This document shows positions 12,801 to 27,074 of a DNA stretch of 64,000 bases, piece by piece. The stretch's first letter is position 1; every line of letters begins with the position of its first letter. Both the position numbers and the translations under genes were made by a program. The stretch is from the human T2T-CHM13v2.0 reference genome, Homo sapiens, in the NCBI RefSeq assembly GCF_009914755.1, contig NC_060934.1; one strand, given 5' to 3'. The notes under the pieces are model-generated. The model did not search any database and was not told the DNA's origin. It worked only from the letters and a program-made list of their open reading frames with translations.

Positions 12801-14794
12801 GGTCTGGATGGCAGCCTCGTAGTGGAGAGTCATCCTCCAGCCAGGCCACTGCTGTTCCCCCACGGTCACATTCAGGGGACTGTGAGGATGGGTTCACGAG
12901 TGCAGCCTCATTCTTGAGCTATGGGGAGGGTGACTGGTGACTTCTCCCTGTAGCTTAGGGCAGAAGGGGACATCAGGATCACTTCTGAGAAGGAAGGAAC
13001 CAGCATGTGCCTGCAAGTGTTTGGATAATCTCTTTGTGAGCCTTTAATGGCCTGCAGTGCTCTGTTTATTTTAATGATAATGTCAAGTTCAATTTGCCGT
13101 CATTTTTCAACATTTCCTTTTGTAAAGTTAATTGAACAATTCAATGAATTGAAAAGTTTCAGGAGAGGGGAAAAAAAACACACCCACCCCACTGTTATCA
13201 CTGTTATTAAATCTGGTAACTACCTCTTGGCTCTCCAAGCCCTGAGACAAGACTTCAACCCTCATGGGCCTGGGAGCTGCCGCAAGGATTCAGGAAGGTC
13301 AAACAGAACATTCCAGGGCCCCTTTATTCATGGCTGTTTCATGCTCAGGCTGCTATTTCAGGGCAGAAAAAAAAATATCCAGTCTGCCATGGACCCTGGC
13401 TGCTGGCTCTGCGGTAGCTCATTCCCCAAGTGTCCAAACCAGATTGTAAACCCTTGGGAGCCGGGTTGGGTCTTCTCTGCCTGTCTATCCTCCGCTGCGG
13501 AGCGCCTTCCTTGTACACAGTATGTGGAAAACAGAGCCTTAATATCGTAGATATCTAAACTGGAAGGGACCTTAATGTGGTGTGGTGGAAAGAACAGCGT
13601 ATGGGGAGTCCAGGGACCAATTTGAGAGGCAGCTCCTCCACCTGCTAGCTGTTGAGCTGGTTGACTGTGGACTTGTCACCGGGCCACCCAGCCCTGTTTT
13701 CTCCTTTGTAAAATGAGCTTGTTGGCCATATCAAGAATGCAAATATTCGGCCAAGTAGAGCTACTCCCTCCCCTGTGTGCATCGTGTGTCACTGGCAGAT
13801 CACACACTTCTTCCTACTGACCTCAGATGCAACCTCACACTCCCCAGCACGACACCCACAAAACCATGACCCGGAGGTTGGAGTGGGCACATGAAACTTG
13901 ACCCATTTGCCAAGATTGTTTTCAGTTCTCCTCGTGGACCTCTGCACTTTGGCCATTGATGCCAGCCCCTTCGTAGTGTCAGTGGGGAAGGAGAAGCTCA
14001 GAGACAGCAGCGATTTGCCCATGGTCACACAGCTAGTCCTGGCTGAGTGTGAACCAGGGCCAGCCACATCAGTTCTAGGCCTGGCTGATTCTCTCAGCCT
14101 TAAAGGCAGGGACTTCTCTAAGGCTGCCTTGCTCCCAAAGCTTCTCCTGTGCCCTTTGAGCCTGTGTTCCAAGTCCTCAACCTCCTGTCCTTGGACTCCC
14201 TGGAATGCTCGTCCTGAGGGTCACATTCGGGCCAGGTGAAGGGCAGGGATGCAGTTCTTCATGCCTACAGTTTGCAAACAGCTGCCAGTCCATCCTGAAC
14301 TTCCCCAGGGTCCCGGGGAAAGGCCAGGAGAAGTGTGCAGTGTGATAGATATGTAGGTCTGCCCGCTGGACTGTCAGCTGCAGGAGGGCAGGTTCTTCTG
14401 GCTGCAGTGTTTGTTTTATCATCAGTGCCTACAGCAGTACCAGGGACAGCAGGTGCCCAGGCAGTGTTTGCTGAGGGAATCAGTGGAGGATGTCAACAGG
14501 AGGGTCACTGAGCAATCCCAGCTCTGCCTTGTGCTAGCTGTGTGACTTTAGGCAAGTAACTTGACCTCTCTGTGATGCATTGGGTTGTAGGGGAATAGAG
14601 CACATAGGTGCCTATGACTGGTCCTCGCAGCCCTCAGCAAATGATGGTCCTTATTTGCTATGTCAGAGGCAGAGGAGCTCCGGGTTTCTAAGAGTCAGGG
14701 CCAGGTCCCTGAAGTATTGGTATTCAATGTCTGATCTTTCCTCTGGGGCATATTAATTTTTAAAAAATGTGTGTGTGAAGGGAAGGAAATCAGG

Positions 14795-16135
<1,341 letters not shown>

Positions 16136-16621
16136 TTTAAAAAATATATGTGCCTGTGTGTACTTCACTTATTCCTCCTCTTCCCTGCCCCCAGAGCCTC
16201 TGGGTTTGTGTCGTCCGGCTCTGTTTAGTGCCTCCTTCTTCCCTGGATTAGCCTGTCCCCATCAGTGCAGACACCTGTGTGGCCAGGTGAGCCCGCAGCC
16301 CCTTCTCTGACTCTCAGGAGGGAATGGCCGTCTTGCTGGTAGCAATAAATAGACTGAGGAAAGCCAGGGTGCTAGAGGGGAGCCCATCCCCACCAAGTCT
16401 CTGCCTCAGGGCTGCTCACCTTCAGACCAGGGTCCACCTGGAGGCCGCCCCCATGGGGTTAGTTGCTTTGGGGTGAGAAGAAGGCTGTATTCAGGAGCTG
16501 AGTTTTGGATTTGGATAAAAGGCTTTGTGATAAAAACCATGAGGGTTGTGGAATGAGAAAGACTTGGGTTGGACTCCTGGCTTGCTGACCTTGGGTAGGT
16601 CACTTTACCCCTCTGAGCCTG

Positions 16622-17030
16622 TTTTCTTTTCTTTTCTTTTCTTTTCTTTTCTTTTCTTTTCTTTTCTTTTCTTTTCTTTTCTCTTTCCTTTCCTTTCTTT
16701 TCTTTTCTTCCTTTCTTTCTTTCTTTTTTTGTTTTGTTTGTTTTGTTTTGAGACAGAGTCTCGCTCTGTCCTCCAGGCTGGAGTGCAGTGGCATGATCTT
16801 GGCTCACTGTGACCTCTGCCTCCTGGGCTCTAGCAATTCTCCTGCCTCAGCCTCGAGTAGCTGGGATTACAGGCCTGTGACACCACCCCCAGCTAACTTT
16901 TGTATTTTTAGTAGAGACGGGGTTTAACCATGTTGGCCAGGCTGGTCTTGAACTCCTGACCTGAAGTGATCCACCCACCTTGGCCTCCCAAAGTGCTGGG
17001 ATTACAAGGCGTGAGGCACTGCACCTGGCC
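16622..17030 (-). mobile_element. AluS with expanded (CTTTT)n tail, inserted in a MIR (about 16555-17150)
   Basis: About 12 CTTTT units at 16622-16680; Alu body 16749-17030; MIR core TGAGCCT(CA)GTTTTC duplicated on both sides. Confidence 0.92.
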
Positions 17031-19892
17031 TGAGCCTCAGTTTTCCTACCTGTATAACAGGGATGCTAACCCCTCTGTGTAAGGCCATTAGGAGAAATAA
17101 GTGACAGAGTAAATGAATGAAAACCATTGAGTGTGGTACCTGGCAAAGAGTCATGCCCAGGAAACAGAATGCTGGTTTCCTTTCCCCCTGACAGTTCATG
17201 CCGTCCCCTCCAAGTGGACGGAGTTGCAGGAGAGCACAGGAGTGAAGCTGGCCTGTGGGCTTTGAAGGTAGAGATGGTTCCTTTGACCCAGGTCAAGGGT
17301 TTTCTGATGACAGTGAGGGCGTCGATCAGTGAAGGGTGAGCCTAGAGGCCGCCTGCCTCTCAGGAGAGAACCGGCCAGTGTCAGAGCTCACTCTACTCCC
17401 TCTGACTTCCCCCAGGTGGAGATATTGGTGAAGCCTAAGATGAAGAAAAGAGCTCCCCTGAGGTCAAACCAAGTTCAGGACCCAGGGCATTTGAGAGACT
17501 GAAGGCAGAAGGGTGGGAGGTGGGACCTAAGACAAATGAGATTATCCCCAGGAATCAAGGCACTTAACTGGCCTGTCTGATCCCAGAGGAGAGACAAATG
17601 AGATGGCAGGCTCCAAGGCCAGCTCAGGCTCTGGGGAGCCCATCCCAGGGAGAGTGGGAGGGCAGGAGCCCCTGGCCCTGGCAGGGACCCGGCCAGCCAG
17701 GAGGAGGAGGGTGGGTTTCCCTTCTTGCAGGTGGGGGTGTGCAGCAGGCTTGATGGCCATGGTGCGACAGTTGGAGTGAGGAGTAGTTATTCTCAGAAAA
17801 CCCTGGCCATACCCGTGGCCTTGGAATTTGAGGCTGGGGCCCTGCTGTTTGCAACTCCTTGGCTCAGCTACTCACACATGCATAGCTCTATCCCAGGCGG
17901 CCCTCTCCCGGCCAGGACCCTTGCTTCCCTCTCTGCAAAATGAGAAGGGGGCTTTGTCTGTTTGGTTCTCACTTCAGCGATAACTAGTCCCTGCTTCTGA
18001 GCTAGCCTGCAGACACCAAGGCTGGTTCTGTCTCTCTAACAGCCCTGAGCCTGGCAGAGGCAGACCACTAGGTTCTTGGCCCCTAGATGGGGAAGGACAG
18101 TAGATCACAGCTGGTGTGAAGTCCTTTTAGGTCACAGGTTGCAAAAGCCTTGCTTTCTTGTGCCTTTTAGGATTGATTATGGTGGCTGCATGGAACCCTG
18201 TATTGTGAAGGATTCTGAAGTTGAATGCAGATTCAATGGGAAAAGGTGCTGTGATTGATTAATAAGGTCTGTGTGGGCAAGAGCTGGGACTGGCTAGCTC
18301 CCTGGCCCTAGAAAAGCAGTAGTTAATCATGAGGGATGGGGAAGAGGAGAAGGAAGATTTGCCAAGCGTGTCCCAGAATATCAACTTCTACCTTCAAGGG
18401 GTGATGGCCTCTTGCCTGCTGTGCAGAGGTGCAAACAATGAATCCATGCAGGGGCCTGGTATGCTTTCGGGTGACAGCAGTCTGGCAGGCCGGGCCCAGG
18501 GGTGCAGAGGGAAATGTGCATGGCCAGGGAGGTTGAGGATGCATTGGGAAGCACTAGACATCATGGTAAGGAATTCGTTTTCATTCTCTGGGAACTAAGC
18601 AGGCGTTTGAGCAGAGTGTGGCACAATGGAAGGTGTGCTTTAAGGAGATGCTGCTGCAAGGAGGGAGCAGGGTATGTTCTCACACCGCTTATTCACCCCT
18701 CCGTGTTTTGGTAACAAATATTGCTTTCATCCTTCTCTCATCTAGAGAAAATAAAAAGCCCTGCAGCCTGTGCTGCCCTGCCAGAGTTTCTGGCCCGCCC
18801 CTCATCTAGCAGGTACTGCTCTCCAGGAGCCGCATGACCACAATCCCCAATCCCAGCCCTTGCCCCTCAGTGCAAATAACAACAATAAGAGTAATAACAG
18901 TCATCTCAGCGATCAGCATGGGCCCAGTGGGGCCTCAGGGGAAGCTGTGATTGTCCACCCCTTGCCTGGAAGGCAGATGTGGACTGCTGCTGAGGGCCGA
19001 GGCCACGGTGGAGGATGTGCCACCAGCTTTGCAACTCCCAAGGGGCCTTAGCAGTCTGGTGGGCAGATTCCTACCTCCTACCTCCAAGATGGGGTACACA
19101 GCCCCCAGGATGGGGTACAGGGCCGGTTCCTCAGAGACTGGACCCCCAGTCATTGCACAGCTGTGATTCCTGCCTGGGCCCAAAGACAAGTGCTACTGAT
19201 TTGGGTGTTATTAGGTTTTGATCAGCTATCCTTTCCCCTGTCCATTTGTGCACACAGTTAAGAATTAACTTGCTATACTCTCTCTTCCCGTTGTGGCTCA
19301 GAGACCTTCATGACTTTGGGGGGCTGTCTTTTCCTAACACCTCTGGGCAGTTGTTAGCAGGATTCATTTATTTACCCAATGACTATTTATTGAGTGCCTC
19401 CAGGATGTCAATCCCTGTGTTAGGCTTAGGGATATGACAAGGAATAGGCAGGTCAGGCTGAATGTGCTGCGTGATGGGCAGGGGGTTGGGGTAGGTGGTC
19501 AGCAAGTCAAGTGAATAAGCAGATCCTTTCAGAGAGAGAGGACTGTGAAGACAATAACGTGGAGTCTTAGGACACTGAGTAACCAGGCGTCTCTTTAGCT
19601 AGACTCTGCTGATTGAGAATTTGAGGAAGGCCTCCCCAACGTGCTAACTCGCCACCCGAGAGGTGAATAATGAGGAAGCTGCCGTAGAGGTGGAGTGACC
19701 TAGGGTAGGAACCTTCCCAGCCAAAGGCACAATCAGGGCGAGGGTCCCGAGGCAGCCACAAACTTGTCCTGTTCGGGAACAGAAAGAAGGCATGTGGGGC
19801 CAGATGGGGCTCAGCCCAGTGAGCCTGTGAGATTCAGTGATGGATGTCATCTTGGACCAGATCACTAGGGCCTTAGAAATGGTCAATTTAAG

Positions 19893-20395
19893 GTTTTTTT
19901 TTTTTAATTTAATTATGGTAAAATATACATAACATGAAATTTGCCATCTTAGCCATTTTTAAGTGTATAGTTTAGTAGTGTTAAGCACATTGACACTGTT
20001 GCCTAACCGACCTCCAGAACTCTTTTTCTGTTGAAAACTGAAACTGTAGCCATTGAATAATAGTTCTCCATTCTGCCCTTCCCGACCCCTGGCACTCACC
20101 ATTCTACTTTCTGTCTCTATGAATTGGATTACTCTAGGTACCTTATATCAGGGAGATCACATTGTACTGTATTTGTCTTTCTGGGACTGGCTTATTTCAC
20201 TGAGCATAATGTCCTCAGGGTTTATCCATATTGTAGCATGTGTCAGAATTTCCTTTCTTTTTAAGGCTGAATAATATTCCATTGGCTGTATCTACCACAT
20301 TTTGATTATCCATTCATCTGTGGACAGATACTTGGATCGCTTCCCCCTTCTTGGCTATTGCAAAGAATGCTGGCGTGAACACAGATGCACAGTGA
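19893..20395 (-). mobile_element. L1MB-type 3' end
   Basis: Poly-T, then GGTAAAATATACATAACATGAAATTTGCCATC...GGCTTATTTCACTGAGCATAATGTCCTCAGGGTTTATCCAT. Confidence 0.9.
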
Positions 20396-20924
20396 TTAAG
20401 TTCTTGAATGTTCTGCTTTCCACCCATGAGGTTAGACTGGGCATGGTTTGGGTGGCACAGAGTGGAGGGGCTGGCCTAGCTGGATGCCCCTTCCCCATGA
20501 GGGTAGGAGAGGCCAAGTGCACAGAATCCTCTGCTGCACTGATTGAGCCAGGAGTCCTAAGACTGGGCCTTTCAGTCATCCTGGGACGGGTGGAGCTTTT
20601 CTCTGCATCTAAAATGGGAGCCATAAACCAGGCTGACTTACAGGCAGTACTTACTGGTCTGGTTGTTTACGGCCAGCGTTTTTTCTGATTGGTTGATGCC
20701 TGTACTGTGCCTGTTGTTAAATATTTGAATATCATCCTGCTATAAACCAGCTACAGGACTTCTAACCTGGCTGTGTGTGAGCGTCTCCTGCAGGGAGAGT
20801 GGGGGCTGCTGTTTAAAAGTTTATACTCTGGGCTTCCCAGTAGCCAACCCAGTCAAGAGGGCCTGGGAATTTGCATTGTAAAGCTCTACAGTAGTTCCAA
20901 TGTACCGTCTTAAACATGCATTGG

Positions 20925-21130
20925 AAATTTGGGCTCCCCCAGAAATAGATCTTGTGATGAAGATTTAAGTGCAAGAAGCTTACTGGGGAGGAGGTTCCAG
21001 GAAACACAAGTAGGGAGTGAGGAAGTGAGACAGGAAGGGAGGGAAGCCATAAAGATGCGTTATTGTCAACCAAGTTGCCAGTGTAGAACACGGACCTCTG
21101 AGTTATGCTCTTGAGAGGTGCCAAAGCTGG
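20925..21130 (-). mobile_element. LTR16-like ERVL LTR fragment
   Basis: TTGGGCTCCCCCAGAAATAGA...GATTTAAGTGCAAG...CCAGGAAACAC resembles the LTR16 end. Confidence 0.6.
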
Positions 21131-21154
21131 GCTGTTTACCTACCTTATCCACAG

Positions 21155-21282
21155 AGCTCTGAAAGTCAAGCCAGAAAGGAAGGATTCCAAATTCTTGGAA
21201 TTTTATCTAGAAAAGAAGACTAAGCAGCTTTTGTAAGTGAACTTTTAGGAGGGTTCTAACATGATGATGATAGCTAACATTT
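21155..21282 (+). repeat. Inverted repeat arm A (pairs with 24400-24507)
   Basis: Manual alignment gives 97/104 identities, including a perfect 38-bp core at 21180-21217. Confidence 0.92.
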
Positions 21283-21626
21283 TTTAGCTCTAACCATGGT
21301 AGACAAGGTCATCCTTATCTATCATCTTCCACAGTAACTCGGCGAGCTCCGCTTACTGGGGCATTGGTTCCCGGCACTTCCCGGCTGTGCTGTGTTTAGG
21401 AGGAGCAGTCTCTGATGGCCGGAACCCCTCGGGAGAACACTCACAGGCGCTGGCAGTTAGAAGTCAGGCTGGTGTGTGTGGAAATGTGTGTGCTGAGGGA
21501 CAGAGGGCAGGGTACCAATAGCGTCTGCTGCGGAGACCCAGCCAGCTCCCATCTCTCTATCATAAGAGGGCATTCCAGCCCCTGTGAATAGCAGGGTATC
21601 CTCCTTACCGCTGAAAAAACACCAGG

Positions 21627-22275
21627 CCTCATCCATTGCTGGTGAGAATGTAAAATAATACAGCCACCATGGAGAACACTTTGGCAGTTCCTCAATAATT
21701 TAAACATAGAATTACTGTATGTTCCAGCAATTGTGCTCCTAAGTATACATCCAAAATAATTAAAAACAGATGTTCAAACAAAAACTTGTACATAAATGTT
21801 CATAGCGGCATTATTTCCAATAGTCAACAGATGGGAACAACATAAATAGCTGTCAACTGATCAATGAATGAACAAAATGTGTTACATTCACACAAGGGAA
21901 TATTATTCAGCTGTTAAAAAGGAGTGAAGTACTGATACATGCTACAACATGAATGAACCATGAAAACATTTGGCTAAGTGAAAGAGGTCAGGCACAAAAG
22001 GCCACATACTGTATTATTTCATTCATATAAAATATCTAGGATAGGCGAATCCATAGAAACAGAAAATGGATTCGTGGTTGCCAGGGCTGGGGAAGGGATT
22101 CATGGGGAGTGACTGGTTCATGGGCATGGAGTTTCCTTTGGAAAGGATGAAAATCGTGTGGAATTAGTGGTGATGGTTGCACAGCATCGTGAATGTACTA
22201 AATGCCACTGAATTGTGTACTTTAAATGGTTGAAGAGGTAAATTGCATGTGATGTGTATTTTACCACAAATTTTT
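21627..22275 (+). mobile_element. L1MB-type 3' end
   Basis: CATTGCTGGTGAGAATGTAAAAT...ATGCCACTGAATTGTGTACTTTAAATGG...TTTTACCACAA. Confidence 0.9.
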
Positions 22276-23271
22276 ACAAAAGGAACTCCAGGTATCCTTC
22301 AGCCCTGAGATGCAAGGTATATTGTTTCTCAGGTGGGAAGCAAACCTGTGTGGCATGTGTACCCCAGGGTCCCCCAGCCAGAGATGGTTCTCCTGCATGG
22401 CTGTAACTAAGAACACTGGGCTGGAGCTGAACCCCAGAGATTGGCCTCACTCCTGTAGGAATAGCACAACCATAGGTTGCTGGAAACCTCCCCTGGTGGA
22501 GAAACAAGCCTTGCTTCCCGGAGAAGCCAGGGCTGGGCCCAGCTTCTGTAGAGAGGCAGAGCAGCGCTGGGCGGAGGAGTATGTGCCCAGCTGGAAAATT
22601 GCAGGGCGTCTTGTCTTAAATATAATATTAAATCGGCACCTTTAATTAGTACACTTAGAAAAGGTCACTAGCAATTACCTGGGACACAAAGAAGGCATGA
22701 GCAGGCAAGAGCCCATGAAGAAGCTGAAAAGGACCATTTTGAGCAGCACATAATTGAGGGGAAAATGGATAAAAGTCCGGGAAATTACAGGGTGGGTGAC
22801 AGCAGCTGATGGCCCCATCCCTGTCCTGCCCAGCGCCCCCCTTCTTGGGAGGACCTGAGCGTCAAGCCTGAGAGAGCCATTTGGGATATTGGGCCCAGTT
22901 GTGCAACCTTGGCTGGAAGGCCAGGGTGGTCTTCCCAGAATCCTCTTGGCCAGCTGGGAGCTTGGCCCCAGATCCTCCACCTGGGCTGGGCCCTGAGGTA
23001 CAGCAGGTGAGGATTGCGGTCCAGGGGGCTGCAGGCTGCCATGGACTCATTGTTGCACCTGGACAAGCAAGGCGCTTATGGGCCTCAGTTTCCCCATCTG
23101 GAATCTGCCCAAGGCTTTGGGAGGTAACTCAGTGTTTCCCAAACTTTGCCACTAGAGATTACCTGAGAGCAATGGAAAAGAAATGTATACTCCTAGAAGT
23201 CAGGGGAGGCTAGAAATTCATTTATGGCTTTAGATTATATCTTTACAAATAAATTAAACATAAATAAATTA

Positions 23272-23566
<295 letters not shown>

Positions 23567-24189
23567 TTAATTAATCAATCAAATGCTGCTCCCAATGTCT
23601 TCCTGTTCGTTTTAGTATAAAACATTTATTTGTCACCGGGCAATGCAAACGCTTTGGAAAGATGTGCTTGGTTTATCTGTGACTTTCACATACTTCCTCT
23701 TACACCGTCTAGAAAGAGCAATGAACTGGGAATCTGGGAGTCTGGAAACTTGGGTTTGAACCCTGCCTTTGTGGCTCACCATTGTGCTTTGGGCAACTTG
23801 CCAAATGCCTTCAGCTTTTCCAACTCCGAAATGGGAGGGTTGGGCTCTGAAGATGTCCCAGGATTTTACTCCTCCTTCTCACCTTCTCCCATCACCTTGG
23901 ATGCTGCCATTTCCTGCTCTGCTGTTCTGCTGTTTGACCTTGGAGAAGCTGCTTCACCTCTCTGAGACTCAGCTTCCTAATCTGCAAAATGGATAGAATA
24001 ACAACTACCAAACAGACTTGCTGGGAGGATTTAATGAGAGAATCCACATGAATGGACCTTGTGTCTGGCATATCATAAGAGCCCAGTGAATGTCCAATGT
24101 CTTCCTTTTCCAGATCTTGGGCTTCTTGTTAGGATCTGATAGGTCATGTCCATGAAGTCCTGAATCTTGAGTTTACATATTGAGTGTTG

Positions 24190-24420
24190 AGATATCTGTG
24201 CTGTGGAAAGAAATGTAGGCTCTGAGCCCCAAATGCCTGGGATGTGGATTCCAGCTCTGCCATTTGCTGACCATGAGGACATGGTAATCACCTCATCACT
24301 CTTTGTTGCCTTATCCGTTAAATGGGGGGAATTGCATTATGGACTGAATTAGTGCATGGAAATAGCTCAGCTTATGCCTGGCTTATGATTAGGGCTCAGA
24401 AATGTTTGCTAGCATCATCA
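24190..24420 (+). mobile_element. MIR SINE
   Basis: CCAGCTCTGCCATTTGCTGACC...TAAATGGGGG...GCTCAGAAATGTTTGCTA. Confidence 0.65.
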
Positions 24421-24507
24421 TGTTAGAACTGTCCTAAAAGTTCTTTTCTAGATAAAATTCCAAGAATTTGGAATCCTTTCTTTCTATCTAGCTTGATTTT
24501 CAGAGCT
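24400..24507 (-). repeat. Inverted repeat arm B (pairs with 21155-21282)
   Basis: 24441-24478 is the exact reverse complement of 21180-21217. Confidence 0.92.
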
Positions 24508-25149
24508 ATTTGGTAAATGTGAGAGTCAGTATTTGGGGCAGGTAGTGTCTGTCTCATTTTATAGGGGAAACTGAAACCTGGAAATAAGTGATTTGCCTTA
24601 GGCCATGGCTCCGATCTCCTCACCCCTTTGAGAATCAGAGGAAGACTATAGACATTGTCTTCGGAAAATGACGCGCTGTACACTTATCACATTTTGTATA
24701 CAGTTCTAGTGAGTTTAAGGACCTCCTGAAGCTAAGGAGACCAACCATCCCAGTTTGCCTGGGGCTTCCTGGTTTTAGCACATGTGCTGGGAAATGCTTC
24801 AGTCCTGGGCAAAGCAGGGCAGTTAGTGACCCTACCTGAAAGCTACACAGGGGAGCTGTGAGCCCCAGGAGATGATGCCCTGCACTTCTTAGGGAGGGTA
24901 TAGACCAGGCATCCTGAAGCCTAGGTGCCCTCAGGCCAGGGCTTTGCTTCCTGGTAAGGGATGACACCTGCCTCTCAATCCCCTTCTTGAGGATGGGAAC
25001 TAGACCTTGTCACCCAGTTCTAGACTGGAGTTCCTTGAGGCTCAGCTACATCTTCTTAACCTCTGTGTACTCCAGTGCTCATCATAAGGGCAGCACCTGG
25101 TCACTCTTGAATGAATGCCAAAAGATTTTGCAAAGTATTCTGAATTAGA

Positions 25150-25660
25150 GAAGGTGCTTCCATTTGCAAAAGACAGAAGTCCAACTAAACTGACTTAGGC
25201 CAAAGAAAAGGTTGCAAGGGGAATTATTAGCTCATATAGCTGAGAAGTCCAGAGGATGGAGCTAATGTCAGCAGAGCTGGTGACAGACCCTCAGAAAGCC
25301 ATCAGGAATCTGTCTCTCCATACATCATTTGCCTCTGTTTTCCTTTGTGTGCTTCATTCTCAGACAGGCTCTTCTTGTGTGGTGCCAAAGATGGCTGCCC
25401 ACAGTGCCAATGAGCAACTCCCATGAAAGAGAGCTCCTCTTTCCCAGTAGTTCCAGCAAAAGTCCCAGGGCTGGCTTTGATTGGCTAGTTTGGGTCACAT
25501 GCTCATCCCTGAACCAGTCATCATGACCAGGGAAATGGCACACTCTGATTGGCTAGCGCTGACTTATATGCTCATCTTGGAACATAAGACTTGAAATATT
25601 GGGGGCCTGTCCTCATCTGAGCCACTTGGAGAAGGAGGTCTTCAAATTAAAATCAGAGAA
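25150..25660 (-). mobile_element. MLT1J/K-like MaLR LTR
   Basis: TTGCAAAAGACAGAAGTCCAACTAAACTGACTTAGGC...GGGTCACATGCTCATCCCTGAACCAGTCA...TCTGATTGGC. Confidence 0.7.
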
Positions 25661-25943
25661 AGGGGGGCAGGCAGAAGTCATAAGTGTCTTTTACACACTC
25701 AGAACATGGTGAGTGGTGGTTCCCTGATACCATCATGACACACTGTGACAAGTGGACCAGGGTGGAGGTGGGGTACCTGGATCAGAGCTCCCAGATGCGC
25801 CAGGGCCTTGTGATGATCCGTGGCCTGCTGGAGGATTGCTGAATGGCCACTCCCTGCTGAGAGTTCAGCCACCTGGGCAAGGTAGGAAGGCATAAACGTG
25901 ACCTCTCTTATTTTCCCTCTGCTCTCTCCCTTGGCTACTCCAG

Positions 25944-26086
25944 GTTCTTCTGTGACCCAGTTGCTGGCCCAAGACATGGACAATGACCCCCTGGTGTTTG
26001 GCGTGTCTGGGGAGGAGGCCTCTCGCTTCTTTGCAGTGGAGCCTGACACTGGCGTGGTGTGGCTCCGGCAGCCACTGGACAGAGAG
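25944..26086 (+). CDS. CDH23: Cadherin-23 coding exon (exon 4, c.146-288), EC1: (G)SSVTQLLAQDMDNDPLVFGVSGEEASRFFAVEPDTGVVWLRQPLDRE
   Basis: Pyrimidine tract and CAG acceptor end at 25943; GAG|GTATGA donor at 26087; 143 nt. Translation matches the recognised CDH23 EC1 sequence, with cadherin DxD and LDRE motifs. Confidence 0.98.
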
Positions 26087-26815
26087 GTATGACTTGCCCA
26101 TACCCCTGCCCCAATTCTCTCCTGGGGACAGGAGGAGACACTGGGGGAAGGACGGCCCGCCATCTTTTGGCGTCTTCCTCTCAGACCCCATTCTGACTCC
26201 ACAGTGGCATCTTCCTGCCTGAATGGTATTCCTCTTCAAGGGCCAATGCTGGTGTCTGGACTTAGGGTTGGAATGGGTGGCTAGAGGTGTCTCCAAGCAA
26301 GCAGCTACATTGGAGAGGCAAGAGGGACAGTGACCCTGTGTTCATCCCTTGTAGAATGGCCCTCCATGGAGGGTACAAGTCTACCCCTACCCCCAGTAAA
26401 CATTCCCCCAATATCCAGAGAAGCAGGAATTGACGGCATGGTAGCCCTTAGCAAGTTAAGGTAAAGACGTGAACACATCCCCAACCCTTACCCTCTCCTT
26501 GAGTTTGAGGAAGGAACCATAGAGGTGTGTAGTGACTTGCTCAGTGTCACACAGCATCTTAGAGGCAGAGCCAAGACTAGCACCCAAGATGCTCGGCTTC
26601 TGTCTTTTATTGCTCTCTTAAAGCAAGGATCCATATTCCACACCTGCTTCCCCAACCCAAAGGGCAATGCTGGTATTTTAGGGAAGCCTTTGGGTGCCTG
26701 GTTCCAGGCAAGCTCCTAGGGCAATCCTGGAGCCCCTCCCGCCCCATTTAGGGCCCAGGACCCAGGACCTCAGCACCGCCTAACTGCCCCCCTCCCTCTC
26801 TCACTTTTCTTTCAG

Positions 26816-26863
26816 ACCAAGTCAGAGTTCACCGTGGAGTTCTCTGTCAGCGACCACCAGGGG
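26816..26863 (+). CDS. CDH23: Cadherin-23 coding exon (exon 5, c.289-336): TKSEFTVEFSVSDHQG
   Basis: Branch-like CTAAC at 26780, strong polypyrimidine tract, TTCAG| acceptor and GGG|GTGAGT donor. 48 nt, phase 0-0, continues the exon 4 frame. Missed by the ORF track because it is short. Confidence 0.97.
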
Positions 26864-26981
26864 GTGAGTGTTCCCTGGGGCCCTGGAGGCATGTTCCTGG
26901 GGTCACAGGATTTCTGGACCCCTAGGGTGGAAGAGGCCAGAGTCAGGTGGCGGCGCTAATTGCCCGCCTTTCTCTTGCCAG

Positions 26982-27074
26982 GTGATCACACGGAAGGTGA
27001 ACATCCAGGTCGGGGATGTGAATGACAACGCGCCCACATTTCACAATCAGCCCTACAGCGTCCGCATCCCTGAG
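26982..27074 (+). CDS. CDH23: Cadherin-23 coding exon (exon 6, c.337-429): VITRKVNIQVGDVNDNAPTFHNQPYSVRIPE
   Basis: CTAAT branch site at 26956, CCAG| acceptor and GAG|GTAGGA donor. 93 nt, phase 0-0. Contains the DxNDNxP cadherin Ca2+-linker motif. Confidence 0.98.

Noticed and set aside
19089-19120. Short repeated GATGGGGTACA (similarly AGACAAATGAGAT at about 17529 and 17592)
   Set aside because: 11-13 bp repeats are too short to distinguish from chance or slippage.
25898-26092. ORF-track boundaries for the cadherin peptides (also 26868-27146)
   Set aside because: They include intronic flanks; the true boundaries are set by splice sites.
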